Origin: Selaginella moellendorffii
Lineage: Eukaryota > Plantae > Lycopodiophyta
Length of the DNA: 64,000 nucleotides
Reading direction: 5' to 3'
Assembly: GCF_000143415.4 (NCBI RefSeq)
Contig: NW_003314294.1
Coordinates: 1,673,387 to 1,737,386 of the forward strand
The position numbers and the translations under genes are program-made. Shown here in pieces: positions 13,601 through 25,311 of the stretch. Positions within the stretch are counted from its first letter, which is position 1. Every line of letters starts with the position of its first letter. The notes below the pieces were generated by a model. That model did not search any database and was not told the origin of the DNA. It saw nothing but the letters and a program-made list of their open reading frames with translations.

Positions 13601-15058
13601 TTTGGTGGGTGTAGTGTTCGAACCCGAGGCAATGGCATCACCGAGTAGCTTCTTTTTTGGAGCAGGAGAGTCGGACGTCGGCTTGAGCTTGACCACCCTT
13701 TTCTGCTTCGGGGTAGTTTCCAGATCGACCCCCTTCCCCTTCGCTTCGCGAACTGGAGTCACTCTCAACGGCTCAATGTTGGAATATAGTTTTTGAACAT
13801 CGCCGTAGGTGAGGTCCGTGGATTCCATGTGATCTTCATAGACCTGCAGCGTCTTTGAAATTGTGGGCCTCCTGGACAACCTCTCCCTAGCTCCCTCTAG
13901 GAATTCCTCATAGCCGCTGCCCCCCTCCAAGAAGCCGCTAGGATGTGCAAGGTGGATCTTGAAGGCGGACGCTGTCTCTACCACAAGTGTCAGTCCATAT
14001 TCTTGCATGGAACTGCATGGACTGTCTGTCACTTGGATGAGGATCCCCATGCATTCTTTTCTCCCACCATCTGTGTTGTACAGCCTCAGATCCTCGCCTT
14101 CCATCCCGAAAGTCCAACTGGTGAGCTCCTCCCCCTTCTCTGCATCCACATTGACAGTGGCTGGAAGAAGAACGCAATTCCTCGCCTGTTCAGAAATGCA
14201 CAACAATTAGAGCTGACAGATGAAAAGCTAGCAGCTAGAAATAACGTGAGGCCACACGCCATTCACCACTGCATTAGATGTCTTGAGGCTGCATCCTAAG
14301 ATGGCGTGAGGCTACATGCCATCTGTAACCGGACTGCACTCGAGAGCCCAATTGGTGCATGCCAATGTTGCTACTGAATGGCATGTGGCCTGATGCCATT
14401 TTCTACTTGGCCTAAAAGACTTACCATTTGAAGCCAAATGGAGGCGTGACAATCGAGGCTGGACTCGCTGGCGAATGTGCACTGTGTGTGTAGCGGATCG
14501 TAGCAGCAAGGCTACTCTGCCACTTACAGTTGGAGAGTGGCGCTGAAATCTCCTGGGACGCCAAGTGGGCTGCGTGTGGGTGGCGGAGTGGGCGGTGGAG
14601 TTGGTGGCAAAGTTACAAACTGGGTGTGTATTGAAGTGGACGCCGATGCACACGAGCGTGATGCGAGCGCGAGTGTGATGCAAGTGTGAGTGGACGCCGA
14701 TGCATATGAAAAACCTGTAGAGAAGGTAGATGAGCGCGAATGTGAGCGTGATCGTGAGTGGGAGCGCGATGCGAGCGCGAGTGTGCGAGCACGAGTACGA
14801 AGCAAAATGCAAAACCTAACCTCACACGCGCGAAATGTCACGACAGTTGGTAATCCCGCAACGTCATCATTCCTCGGACTTGGGTGCCACCATTAATTTC
14901 TGGATCGCCACGCACATGCATGCACGTGAAATCCAAAAGAAATCCGCAACGTCATCATTCCTCGGACTGCATGCACGCAAAATCCAAAAGAAAGATCATG
15001 ATTGGGATATAATTTAATACCCTCGCTATATTTATACCATGCATGATTGGATATTCCA
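7667..15058. mobile_element. Left arm of Sola-like TIR transposon (array unit 2), TIR at 7667-7688
   Basis: GCTCTATTTTGTTAAAGTGGGA at 7667; near-identical to 16661-24052. Confidence 0.9.
8107..14296 (-). pseudogene. Multi-exon cargo gene, unit 2: ParB/Srx-like + degenerate beta-class amino-MTase fold + charged microexon linker + FCP1/NIF HAD-like domain
   Basis: Main exon 14185-11629 with an in-frame 54-nt intron (12953-13006). It is followed by a run of phase-1 introns whose exons join in frame (one donor reads GA). The last exon has FDLNGVL, GVWTS, KPIFVK and IIDDSPIK motifs but two TAG stops. The 5' end and the join to the last exon are not resolved. Confidence 0.75.
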
Positions 15059-16660
15059 TGTTGGATGATAAAGAGTTCATCAGATGGGACCAAGTCGAAG
15101 ATCAAGTCCAAGACCGACTCAGAGACCGAGTTTGAGATAGAGTCCGAAATCGAGTCCGAGGCCGACTCGGGGACCGAGTTCGAGACCGAGTCCGAGATCC
15201 GAAATTGGGTCCGAGACTGAGTCCGAGGTCGAGTCCGAGGTCGGGTCCGAGATTGGGTCCGAGATCGAGTCCGAGATCGAATCCGAGACCAAATCCGAAG
15301 TCGGATCCAAAATTGAGTCCGAGATCGAGCCAGAGACTAAGTCCAAATACTAATACGGGTCAAGGGGTGAAAGCCCAAAGCGTGCGTGTCCCAGGGGAGG
15401 GGGGGGTGGGGGGGGGCTGCAGGGGGTTCCAAAAGTATAGTAGGGATAGTGAGGTCTATGAACTAGTTTTGAAGGGACTCTCCAGTGGGGCTTCCAAACC
15501 GACTTGAGGTTGAGACTAGGACCGAGGGGCCTTTGGTGGGAGTGAGTATGGACTTGGGTGGTGTTGGAGGGGCCATCCAAGGAAGTGCTCAAGAGCAGCT
15601 CCCACTCCCGAAAGGGAAACCGGCTACGGTGCTCCCGGCTCATGTGGAGTGGTGCCCCACTTGAGTACCATGCGGCTCATTGGTCCTCGCCCTTCCTAGG
15701 GGCTTGGGCCTTCCTTCGGGATGGAAGTGGGGGGGTAGAGGTACCCATACCGGGCTGTTAGGCCACGGTGTTTCGCCCCGGCGTCCCGAAGCAAGTGTTG
15801 CACTCAAGACTTGGGATTTAGAGGGTCCCATGATCAAGTCTTGTGGTACCAAGGGATGTTAGGAACCTGGAAGCTTGGTGTGCTTGGCTGCTTGTGCTTG
15901 CGGGGAGTGTAGCCGAACCTTAAGTCCAATCTAACCCGGGGAGGGGGATTGGGAGAGATTGGGAATCCGTGGATGGATGGCTAATGCTCTGTTGCTCGTG
16001 TAATGAATAGCTGAAACCAAGTAGAACCAAGTAGGAGTTGGTACCATAGGTGAGAACCTTGGCGAGGGAACTTAGCAAAAGCCAAAGCAGTGTCGGACGG
16101 ATAGACGAGGTAAGCTGGCAAATTGGAAAGGAAAAATTTGTGGCTTACAAAAGGATGGCATAGTCGCTGGGTTGCCAGTAAAGAGAGGTTTAGGGTTTAG
16201 GGTTTAGGGTTCATCCGGTTGGAAGAAAGTTGCTCTAGAAAAGCTAGTGTGTTGTTGGCAAATGGTCGTAAGGATATCTCGGAAACGGCATGTCCAAATG
16301 AGGTGGTGTCTTCTGCTGTTTATGCACTGTATATGTGTCCGTGGTATGGTGTAAATGTGACCTTAAATGGAGATGTGCACAATGGTGAAAGAATGAAAGA
16401 TGCAAAATGGGCATCTAGAGGTAAGTGCGGGCAATACTATTGGAAGTGATTGGTGATGGAACTATGAGTGTAGATGATATGGAATGGGTGTGGAAAATGT
16501 GTGGGTATATTTATGGTAAGGGAAGGGCCAAAGAACTTGGAACATAGACCGAGCCAAACAAGGAACCTCCATACAAACGGCAATGCAGCCTAAGCATGAA
16601 ATCCAAGGCATGGGCTGCGTTTGAGCAGGGAAGGGCGAGAGAAAGCAATTTCAACCTAAA
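15059..16660. mobile_element. LTR-derived fragment (duplicate of 6065-7666)
   Basis: Near-identical at +8994. Confidence 0.75.
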
Positions 16661-17100
16661 GCTCTATTTTGTTAAAGTGGGAATTGTCATTATCCCACTT
16701 GTAAAATAAGGTTTCCAAACCTTTATATAGTATATAAATATAACAAAATTCAACTGTATTGAGGCACATGCCATTTTATTTTAAACAAGGAAATGTCTAC
16801 TCAATCACTTCTCCTCCCCCTGCCACTGCTTTACCTCTCTCTTCTCCTTGTCATCGTCGTCCAATTTCTTTCCATCCTTTTAATATTGGCTCAGTTGCTC
16901 CGAGTCTAGGTGGAGCCCAAGTCCCCATTCAATCTTTACTTTCCCCTTATTAATAAAACAACTTCGTAGACTTCCAATAACATGCTGTAACACTTCTAGT
17001 ATAATGCAAATCCTCTCAAAGAATTGTCTTTTAATATTAATACAATGGCATGGAACCCCATGCCATAATAAGTTACATTTTTAAATAAATACATGCCATC

Positions 17101-20100
17101 TCAGACTATTATTTTTTGCCTCCAACGCCTATACAATAATCTTGGAATTTCATCACTCTCCACACTATCAGGATTTAAACCCAATAGTAATGCCATCTCT
17201 TCTCTAATACGTCCATGCTCATGTTCAGTGGTCGAAGAACCCATTCGGTTGAGCAGATTATGGAGATGCGGATAGTGCTTGGCTAGACAATATACATGCC
17301 ATAAATGATGACTGGTGTCTATCCGATCAAATGGCTTCTGATATACCGTTCTATCTGCCATTTGGTTGATTTCTGCAGCCACCTCTTGGACTGGCCGGTT
17401 CTCTATCACCATCGCTCCAAGCCGTTTTGCAAGGTCCCCCAGAACATATGGTTTCTTCTCCCTAGTTTCCATATTGCAAGAGATGGGATGCACTGCATAT
17501 GTGTGCGTGTTCGCTGTAGTTTTAATCGGCGAGTCATCGATGATGAGGATTTCACTTGACCTAGCAGTCTGGTTCATCACTATAGCCTCTGGCTTGACGA
17601 AGATGGGTTTGCTACCCCTCACATGGACCATAGTCAAGCAATCCTCCTACGTTAGGAGAAAGTCAAATGGTAATATTACTCGCGTCTGATCGTGCATCAT
17701 CTGTAACAACGTTAATGCATTGTGGCGCATCATGGATGTCCAAACTCCCAATTGCAAATTGAACCCGGCCCTCTATTTTAAGTGTCGCATGGTCATTATT
17801 AAATCCCGCAGTTTCTCCCGTGTGATTAATGTGAATCTGTTTCTTTTGACCAACTTGCGACCGCAGGCTTTGGAGGGTGCAGTGACATTCGAGGACGAGC
17901 CACGCTCATGGGAGAAAAGGACACCGTTCAGATCAAAAATGATACAGTACCTTCGCTGTGACTTTGAAATGAAATGCGTCAGCATAAAAAATGGTACAAG
18001 TCAATTTTACCATCTACAATATTAGCAAATGGTGCTCCCGATGGTCGTTGAGAGGGTTTTGGTCGAGGAAACGTGAAGGGCGGAAATACTCTCCTCTGCA
18101 ATGTGGGATCAATCGCATCCGATGGCGTGTGGGCACATGCCATTTCAGCTGTAGACTCTGGTACAACTGGCTCAACAGTGGCATGGGGTGGTTCCGATGG
18201 CATGTGATCACACGCCATTTCAGCTGGTGCCTCCGTTGGCAAAGTGGACATGACCGAACAGGCAGCAGGGGCGGTATAGGGAGGTTCCAACGGTGCGTAG
18301 TCAGACGATTGGGCACACGTTGAGTCCGTTGGAAATGAGGATACGACCGGCTCGGCGGCTGGGCCGGCCTCATATGGGTCCAATGGCGCCTGGTCACCGT
18401 CAGTTGGATACGTGGACAAGATTGACTCAGTGGTATGGGCAACATCAAGTGGAGCGTGGTCAGCTTGCTTGGCGTTGATATGGATAGTAGCCTCCACCAG
18501 CTCTGATGACTCTTGCAGGCAAGTAGAGTCCACTGGCAGATCCATATGCATGTCCAAATATCTCCCTTCGATTGAGATGGTATCCTCCCGTGCTACTAAA
18601 AACAAACTCATTAGCACATTGAATCGACTATACTGTATTTACCATCAACTGCTATTGAGGAACTAGGACCGATATCACTTGGGCGCACTGCTGATTCTGA
18701 AGGATTGGACATACATTTCGACCCTTGCTTGGCACTATCCTTCCTTGACACTAAAGGCTAGAGTTTGTATCTTAATTCAACTGAATAATCTCTACTTACC
18801 ATTTGCTTTGCGACCTACATGGACAATGTTAGAAATGGTAAAAAGTTAGGAATGGATGTACTATTATTTACCTGATGGTTTGTCTTGTATGACCTTCCTC
18901 CGCTGCTCTTTGGCCACCTCAGGCTGGCCATCGTCGTCATCATCATCGTCGTCGTTATTGTGATCGTCACCATTGTGAGGACCATCCAAGTCCTTTTCGT
19001 CCTCCTCTTCTTCGTCCTCCTCTTCTTTGTCCTCCTCTTCGTCCTTCTGCTCTTCCTGCTCATTATCTTTCTCTGGCTCCTCATCCCCCTCTTGCATTTC
19101 TTCCATAGGCTGCTCAGGCTGGATGGCTTGTTCTTCCAGGACCATCTTGGGAAAATCATCTGGCCGAGTCTCCATCTCAAAATACAAGACATCCATAGCC
19201 TGTTTTAGTGCGTGACCTAGGACCGTATCCTCACCCGACTGTCTTAACATGGTTTCTGCACGTTCTTGCACCCTTCGAAGACGACGAGATGAGAAAAACG
19301 TGGCCCTGACTTGAAAAACATCCCTCATCCATTGTACCTCTCCATTGAGATTGGGGAAGGGGAGTCCACCATAGGAATCTGAGTCAGGAGGTGGTGACTG
19401 GCTGCTTTCACTCAGCCCTTGATCTGCAATGAATGGCATGAGCACACACGCCATAACCGCGAGGCATTACCTATCATCTTTTCGTTGCCCTTCTTCCTTT
19501 TCGAATCAAACGCCTCTGATCCCGACGACTGTCCAACATGCTTTCGCTTTTTATGACTACTGTTAGTTTGAGCTTGATCTGCAAGAAATGGCATGAGGAC
19601 CCACGCAATAACCATGACGCTTTATTTCCCGTCCTTGGAGGCTCTGTCATGCCTTCCGCATCCTCAGGTACCTGCTCCTCAATTCCCTTTTGCTTTCGTT
19701 TCTTATGTGCCCGTTCTACAGAAATAGCATGAGGACATACGCGATAAGCACACAAATGCTTTTACCCTTCCTCCTCTGCCCTGGTCGGTTGTCCATCTCT
19801 TTGTCTACAGCGTCTGAAAGCTGTTTTGCAGGTAGCCTAATTCGAGGTTCACGACGTCTCCTTGGCAATTGAACTGTATATTATTGCATCAACACATGCA
19901 ACATCCCATAATATTTTTAAGTTACCTTTCATAAAGTTTTCCATTGGTTCAACTTGTTCCCCTGAAATACAAACTTAGATAAATGCATGGGGCCATATGT
20001 CATGATCGTACCTGTTTCGGAACTCTCCTTATCACTCTCTGAGGCCTCCCCCTCCTCCACTGGAGGCACGTTATTCCATTCGATTTCCTCGACACGATCT

Positions 20101-23100
20101 GCAAGAACATTAGTTAATTGCATGGGGCCACACGCCATCAAACCTTCAGGTTCTTGTCGTGAGGTCTGCGCTGCTTGCCCTAGTCTCTTTGGAATTTGAG
20201 CTGCAAGAAGCAATGGCATGAGAAATCACGTATAACAAAAATGATTGGTACCTCTCGTCCGTTGTACTTGGCTGGTGCTTGCCTGTTTTGCCTTTGAAGA
20301 AGTGTCTCCTGCAAGGAATGGCATGAGACCACACGCCATTGCAAATATAATTTGTACCTCCTTTTTTCCTATTGCTTCTCTGTTTGTCCTTCTTCGACGC
20401 GCCACTAATGCGCTTTTCAGTCCTCGTGTCTGAATATTCACAACGATCTATAATCAAAATGGCGTGAGGCCTCACGTGACCTTACCTTGTGCAGGTTGTG
20501 AGCTCGGCCCAACATGGGTATCTTCAACAGTAGCTGTTAACGCCGTTTCAGCATCTGGGGGTAGCCACGCTCCTGCATACAGAGCTTGTGAGATAACATT
20601 TAAACTTAAAGTGCGTACTCACCAGGTTCGCAGAGAAGATACTGTTTTTCTTTGGCAACTGTAACTATATGCTCCATTGAAGTCACCTCTTCAATGGAGT
20701 TTGTCACCGCAACACACGGGACACCCTTGAGTAGTGCGGCTCGAAAGAATAATCCGCCGCAGTTGTACTCGACAACGCATTTGCCCTTGGAGTCGGAAGC
20801 AGGTGACCCACCCGCTATTGTGTTGAAGACCCAACTGAGCATTTCCCATGCTACACCTGGAGCTTTCTCTGGATTCGAAAGCTCCATAGCCGTCTTCAGT
20901 TCCTCAGGCACGGGTAAATTGACCTCCCTCAGATCAATTCGATCGGCCTTGTCGAACGAAGCTGGGAAGTCACTCCAGTCCTACTTTGCTGCAGGACCAA
21001 TAACAAGGGCGAGTGTGAAGATGCGGACATTCATCGGTATCTTCTTCTTAGCCATTATCCCATGGATCTCCCGCATCTCCTTGCCTTTCAATCGAGCCTT
21101 CACCTCATTCAAGGCCTTCCAGAACTTGTGATAGGATTCGGAGTCGTAGATCATATAGTGGACTGAAGATTCCACCTCCACAAGTCCCACCATTAAGTCA
21201 AAGATGGAGCTGACTTCGTCTGCATGAGTGATCTCCTCATTTGTGAAGTCCATCACACAAAAGATGTTCTTGACCTGCTCATCTCCGCGGGAAACGATGC
21301 TCCTCCACCTTTGATCCTCATCCGAATTCACGTATACCCGGTAAGGTTCTCGATAGGCCTCTGCTGCGGGGTCAAGCTGTTTCTGAAGCCGGCGGTCGAC
21401 ATTCCTCTTAATGAAATTTGGATACTGATCCAACTTCTCAGCTTTACTTTTCGTGGCATCCCGCAGCAGATCGATGAACTTGGGGGCCCCCTTCACGTAC
21501 TCGTCGATGTCTTCATTTGACAACTCCAGCTCTTCCATCATCTCTTGCGTGGTGTCGATGCTCACCCTCTCCACGGCCACTTGCTCGAAGATCCAATCCT
21601 TCAATAGCGCACGAGCTCTCAGAGTCGTGCACAAGTCCTCGTATGTCACAATATGGCCGAGAGTCATTTTGGTCTTGTTGAAGACTACCTCACCACGTAG
21701 AAGAGCATTAGCCACTGTCAGAAGGTCATCGTCGTCTAGAGACCGCGAGAAACGCAAGGCGTTGAGCTTCAAATCATTGGGCTTCCGGCCGTCCTCCACA
21801 CCCATTGAGTTTAGCAACTCCCCGTCATGGTACCTCCTCAGCACATCTACCCATTTGTCAAAAACAACTTTTGTCGCGAGTAGAATGTTATGGATGCTGA
21901 GTGTGTCATTGACCCCCAATGTTTTCGAGAGAAGACTCGAGAATTCCTGCAATGGAAATGGCATGAGGCCACATGCTATGCCACATGCAACGAGGCTTAC
22001 TTGCCAGGCGCTAGTTGCTAGTGCACGTCCTTGTCCTGGTTTTTGTGGCTTCTTCAGTTGAACCCAGAGCTTCCGTGTTTGTGCCAATGTCTCGTGCAGA
22101 CCCGATTTGTAGCACGTTTCTTGCTTGACATTCTGCGCGTGGGAGATGTATATGATAGATCGGAGGGGCGAGTTGCCTTTTATCAGGTGGACAACTCTTG
22201 TCTTGAAGACTTTCTTCACCTCCTCGCCCACCATAATATCCACAACTATCTCTTGCATCGCCAAGCTAGAATGCTGCCCGGAGACGGCATAGAACCGGAT
22301 GTTCTGCTCGTCCAACACCTTCCTATTGATCAAGTCTGGAAACCTCGTCTCGCCCTTCATTGTTCGGTAGTAGGGGATCACGTCTGCGATGTCGGGTGTT
22401 ACTGGACTTGCCAGCATCTTCTGCTTCAGTTTCTCCACCCACTCATCAGATACTAGCCTGTGGTTGTATTTGCTTTGGATGTCGATGTGGCTCACGTCGA
22501 TTGTATATACTTTGTTGGAATAGTAATAAGTACTATTATCTGCGACGATTTTTGCTGCCTCTTCTTGCTCTTTCTGCTCTTTGCGGCTCTTCTTTTTGGT
22601 GGGTGTAGTGTTCGAACCCGAGGCAATGGCATCACCGAGTAGCTTCTTTTTTGGAGCAGGAGAGTCGGACGTCGGCTTGAGCTTGACCACCCTTTTCTGC
22701 TTCGGGGTAGTTTCCAGATCGACCCCCTTCCCCTTCGCTTCGCGAACTGGAGTCACTCTCAACGGCTCAATGTTGGAATATAGTTTTTGAACATCGCCGT
22801 AGGTGAGGTCCGTGGATTCCATGTGATCTTCATAGACCTGCAGCGTCTTTGAAATTGTGGGCCTCCTGGACAACCTCTCCCTAGCTCCCTCTAGGAATTC
22901 CTCATAGCCGCTGCCCCCCTCCAAGAAGCCGCTAGGATGTGCAAGGTGGATCTTGAAGGCGGACGCTGTCTCTACCACAAGTGCCAGTCCATATTCTTGC
23001 ATGGAACTGCATGGAGTGTCTGTCACTTGGATGAGGATCCCCATGCATTCTTTTCTCCCACCATCTGTGTTGTACAGCCTCAGATCCTCGCCTTCCATCC

Positions 23101-23290
23101 CGAAAGTCCAACTGGTGAGCTCCTCCCCCTTCTCTGCATCCACATTGACAGTGGCTGGAAGAAGAACGCAATTCCTCGCCTGTTCAGAAATGCACAACAA
23201 TTAGAGCTGACAGATGAAAAGCTAGCAGCTAGAAATAACGTGAGGCCACACGCCATTCACCACTGCATTAGATGTCTTGAGGCTGCATCC
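17101..23290 (-). pseudogene. Cargo gene, unit 3; extra TGG>TAG stop at 20981-20983
   Basis: ORFs 20981..23200 and 20606..20911 are the split 864-aa reading frame; downstream exons as in unit 2. Confidence 0.8.
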
Positions 23291-24119
23291 TAAGATGGCG
23301 TGAGGCTACATGCCATCTGTAACCGGACTGCACTCGAGAGCCCAATTGGTGCATGCCAATGTTGCTACTGAATGGCATGTGGCCTGATGCCATTTTCTAC
23401 TTGGCCTAAAAGACTTACCATTTGAAGCCAAATGGAGGCGTGACAATCGAGGCTGGACTCGCTGGCGAATGTGCACTGTGTGTGTAGCGGATCGTAGCAG
23501 CAAGGCTACTCTGCCACTTACAGTTGGAGAGTGGCGCTGAAATCTCCTGGGACGCCAAGTGGGCTGCGTGTGGGTGGCGGAGTGGGCGGCGGAGTTGGTG
23601 GCAAAGTTACAAACTGGGTGTGTCTTGAAGTGGACGCCGATGCACACGAGCGTGATGCGAGCGCGAGTGTGATGCAAGTGTGAGTGGACGCCGATGCACA
23701 TGAAAAACCTGTAGAGAAGGTAGATGAGCGCGAATGTGAGCGTGATCGTGAGTGGGAGCGCGATGCGAGCGCGAGTGTGCGAGCACGAGTACGAAGCAAA
23801 ATGCAAAACCTAACCTCACACGCACGAAATGTCACGACAGTTGGTAATCCCGCAATGTCATCATTCCTCGGACTTGGGTGCCACCATTAATTTCTGGATC
23901 GCCACGCACATGCATGCACGTGAAATCCAAAAGAAATCCGCAACGTCATCATTCCTCGGACTACATGCACGCAAAATCCAAAAGAAAGATCATGATTGGG
24001 ATATAATTTAATACCCTCGCTATATTTATACCATGCATGATTGGATATTCCAAAGCATCTTGTATTTCAAAAAATGCCAGATGTTCAGCTAAATAAAGGA
24101 CATGATGTGAAAAAGTTCA

Positions 24120-24140
24120 CCCTAAACCCTAAACCCTAAA
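24120..24140 (-). repeat. (CCCTAAA)3 telomeric/telobox tract between the divergent genes
   Basis: ccctaaaccctaaaccctaaa; equivalent position in copy B at 54267-54299. Confidence 0.9.
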
Positions 24141-25311
24141 CATGTGGCAAATGCTACGTGAAGAAAGATGCCCTTTCTGGGCAAATGCTGTAAGAGGCAG
24201 ATGCCAAGCAGATGTATCTCAAGCTAGTGAAGGGGACAAACGAGAGTTAGCTATAAACATGACGGGATGCAAATAGATTACTAGGCTGGTCCTGCGAAAA
24301 TCAAAAACCATAATTGAAAACATTGAAAATGCAAAAAGAAAGGTTTATAATATTTTTGAATTTTAAGCAACCAAAGGAATGTAAGTAGGGCATGTGTTTG
24401 TAAGTTTAAAAATGCCTCAACCACTTAAATTCCCAAGTAAATAAAGCTGTTTCTATTTTTGGTACAGGTAAACTTTATAGCGTGTGGGCTCATGCAATTT
24501 TGAACCCAAAAATGCACCAAAAAATGCTCGACTAGCATTATTCTTTGAATGGCGTGTGGCCTTATATTGCCATAAATGGACGTACACACACAGCATAATT
24601 ATTCCTTTACACGGCGAATAATCTTGGCGCGGATCGCTGACATGGCATGGCAAAGTTCGAATCACTGACATGGCACAGCTGGATCGAGGCAAGGACATGA
24701 TGTGACAAAGTTCAACGTCCGACAGCAAAGTCTAGAAGCTACTCAGTTTGAAATTTGTCAGAGGAATCATAAGATCTGGTTTGTCAGAGGATTTGATGTG
24801 ACGTTCAAGCGTGTGTTATTTTTGAATTCTCGAACTCATTCCTAGGTCTATCATTTTTGTGTGTTGTGTTCTTGGTTCCGCTGAGCACAGTGAGCGCTGC
24901 TTGTGTAAGCGGCGTTGTGAGCTGTGGTTTATGCGTCTACGAGCGGTTGCGGCATTGCGAGCGCCATTGCGAGCGGCAGTTTATGCAAGTGGCAGTTTGT
25001 GCGAGCGGCGCTACGAGCAGTTGCGGTGGTGCGAGCGGCGCTACGGTACCACTTCATGCCATCTTGGGGCTTGCAAGTTCATCACTAGCATATTGCCAAT
25101 AATTTCTTTACCTGCCTGTAGCTGTGTGTTTATCTAGATGGCATGAGGCCTCATGCCAATTTTGTGAATACGAAATTTCACGTGGGTGTCAATAGCATGT
25201 TTGAATAATGGCATGTGGCCTCATGCTATTGAGGTTGTTTGGTATGTTATGATTTAGGCCATTCTCCAATCATTTTTTGTATGGTCTTAACTTCTTTTCT
25301 ACACTTTCAGA

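Larger units (their letters stand above)
1..24052. repeat. Tandem array, 8,994-bp period (about 2.7 units): LTR-derived fragment + left arm of the TIR transposon
   Basis: Identical ORFs recur at +8994 (8107/17101, 5899/14893, 11612/20606). Junction ...GATATTCCA|TGTTGG at 6064/6065 and 15058/15059; homology ends at 24052. Unit 1 has two N gaps and a 694-bp deletion. Confidence 0.95.
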
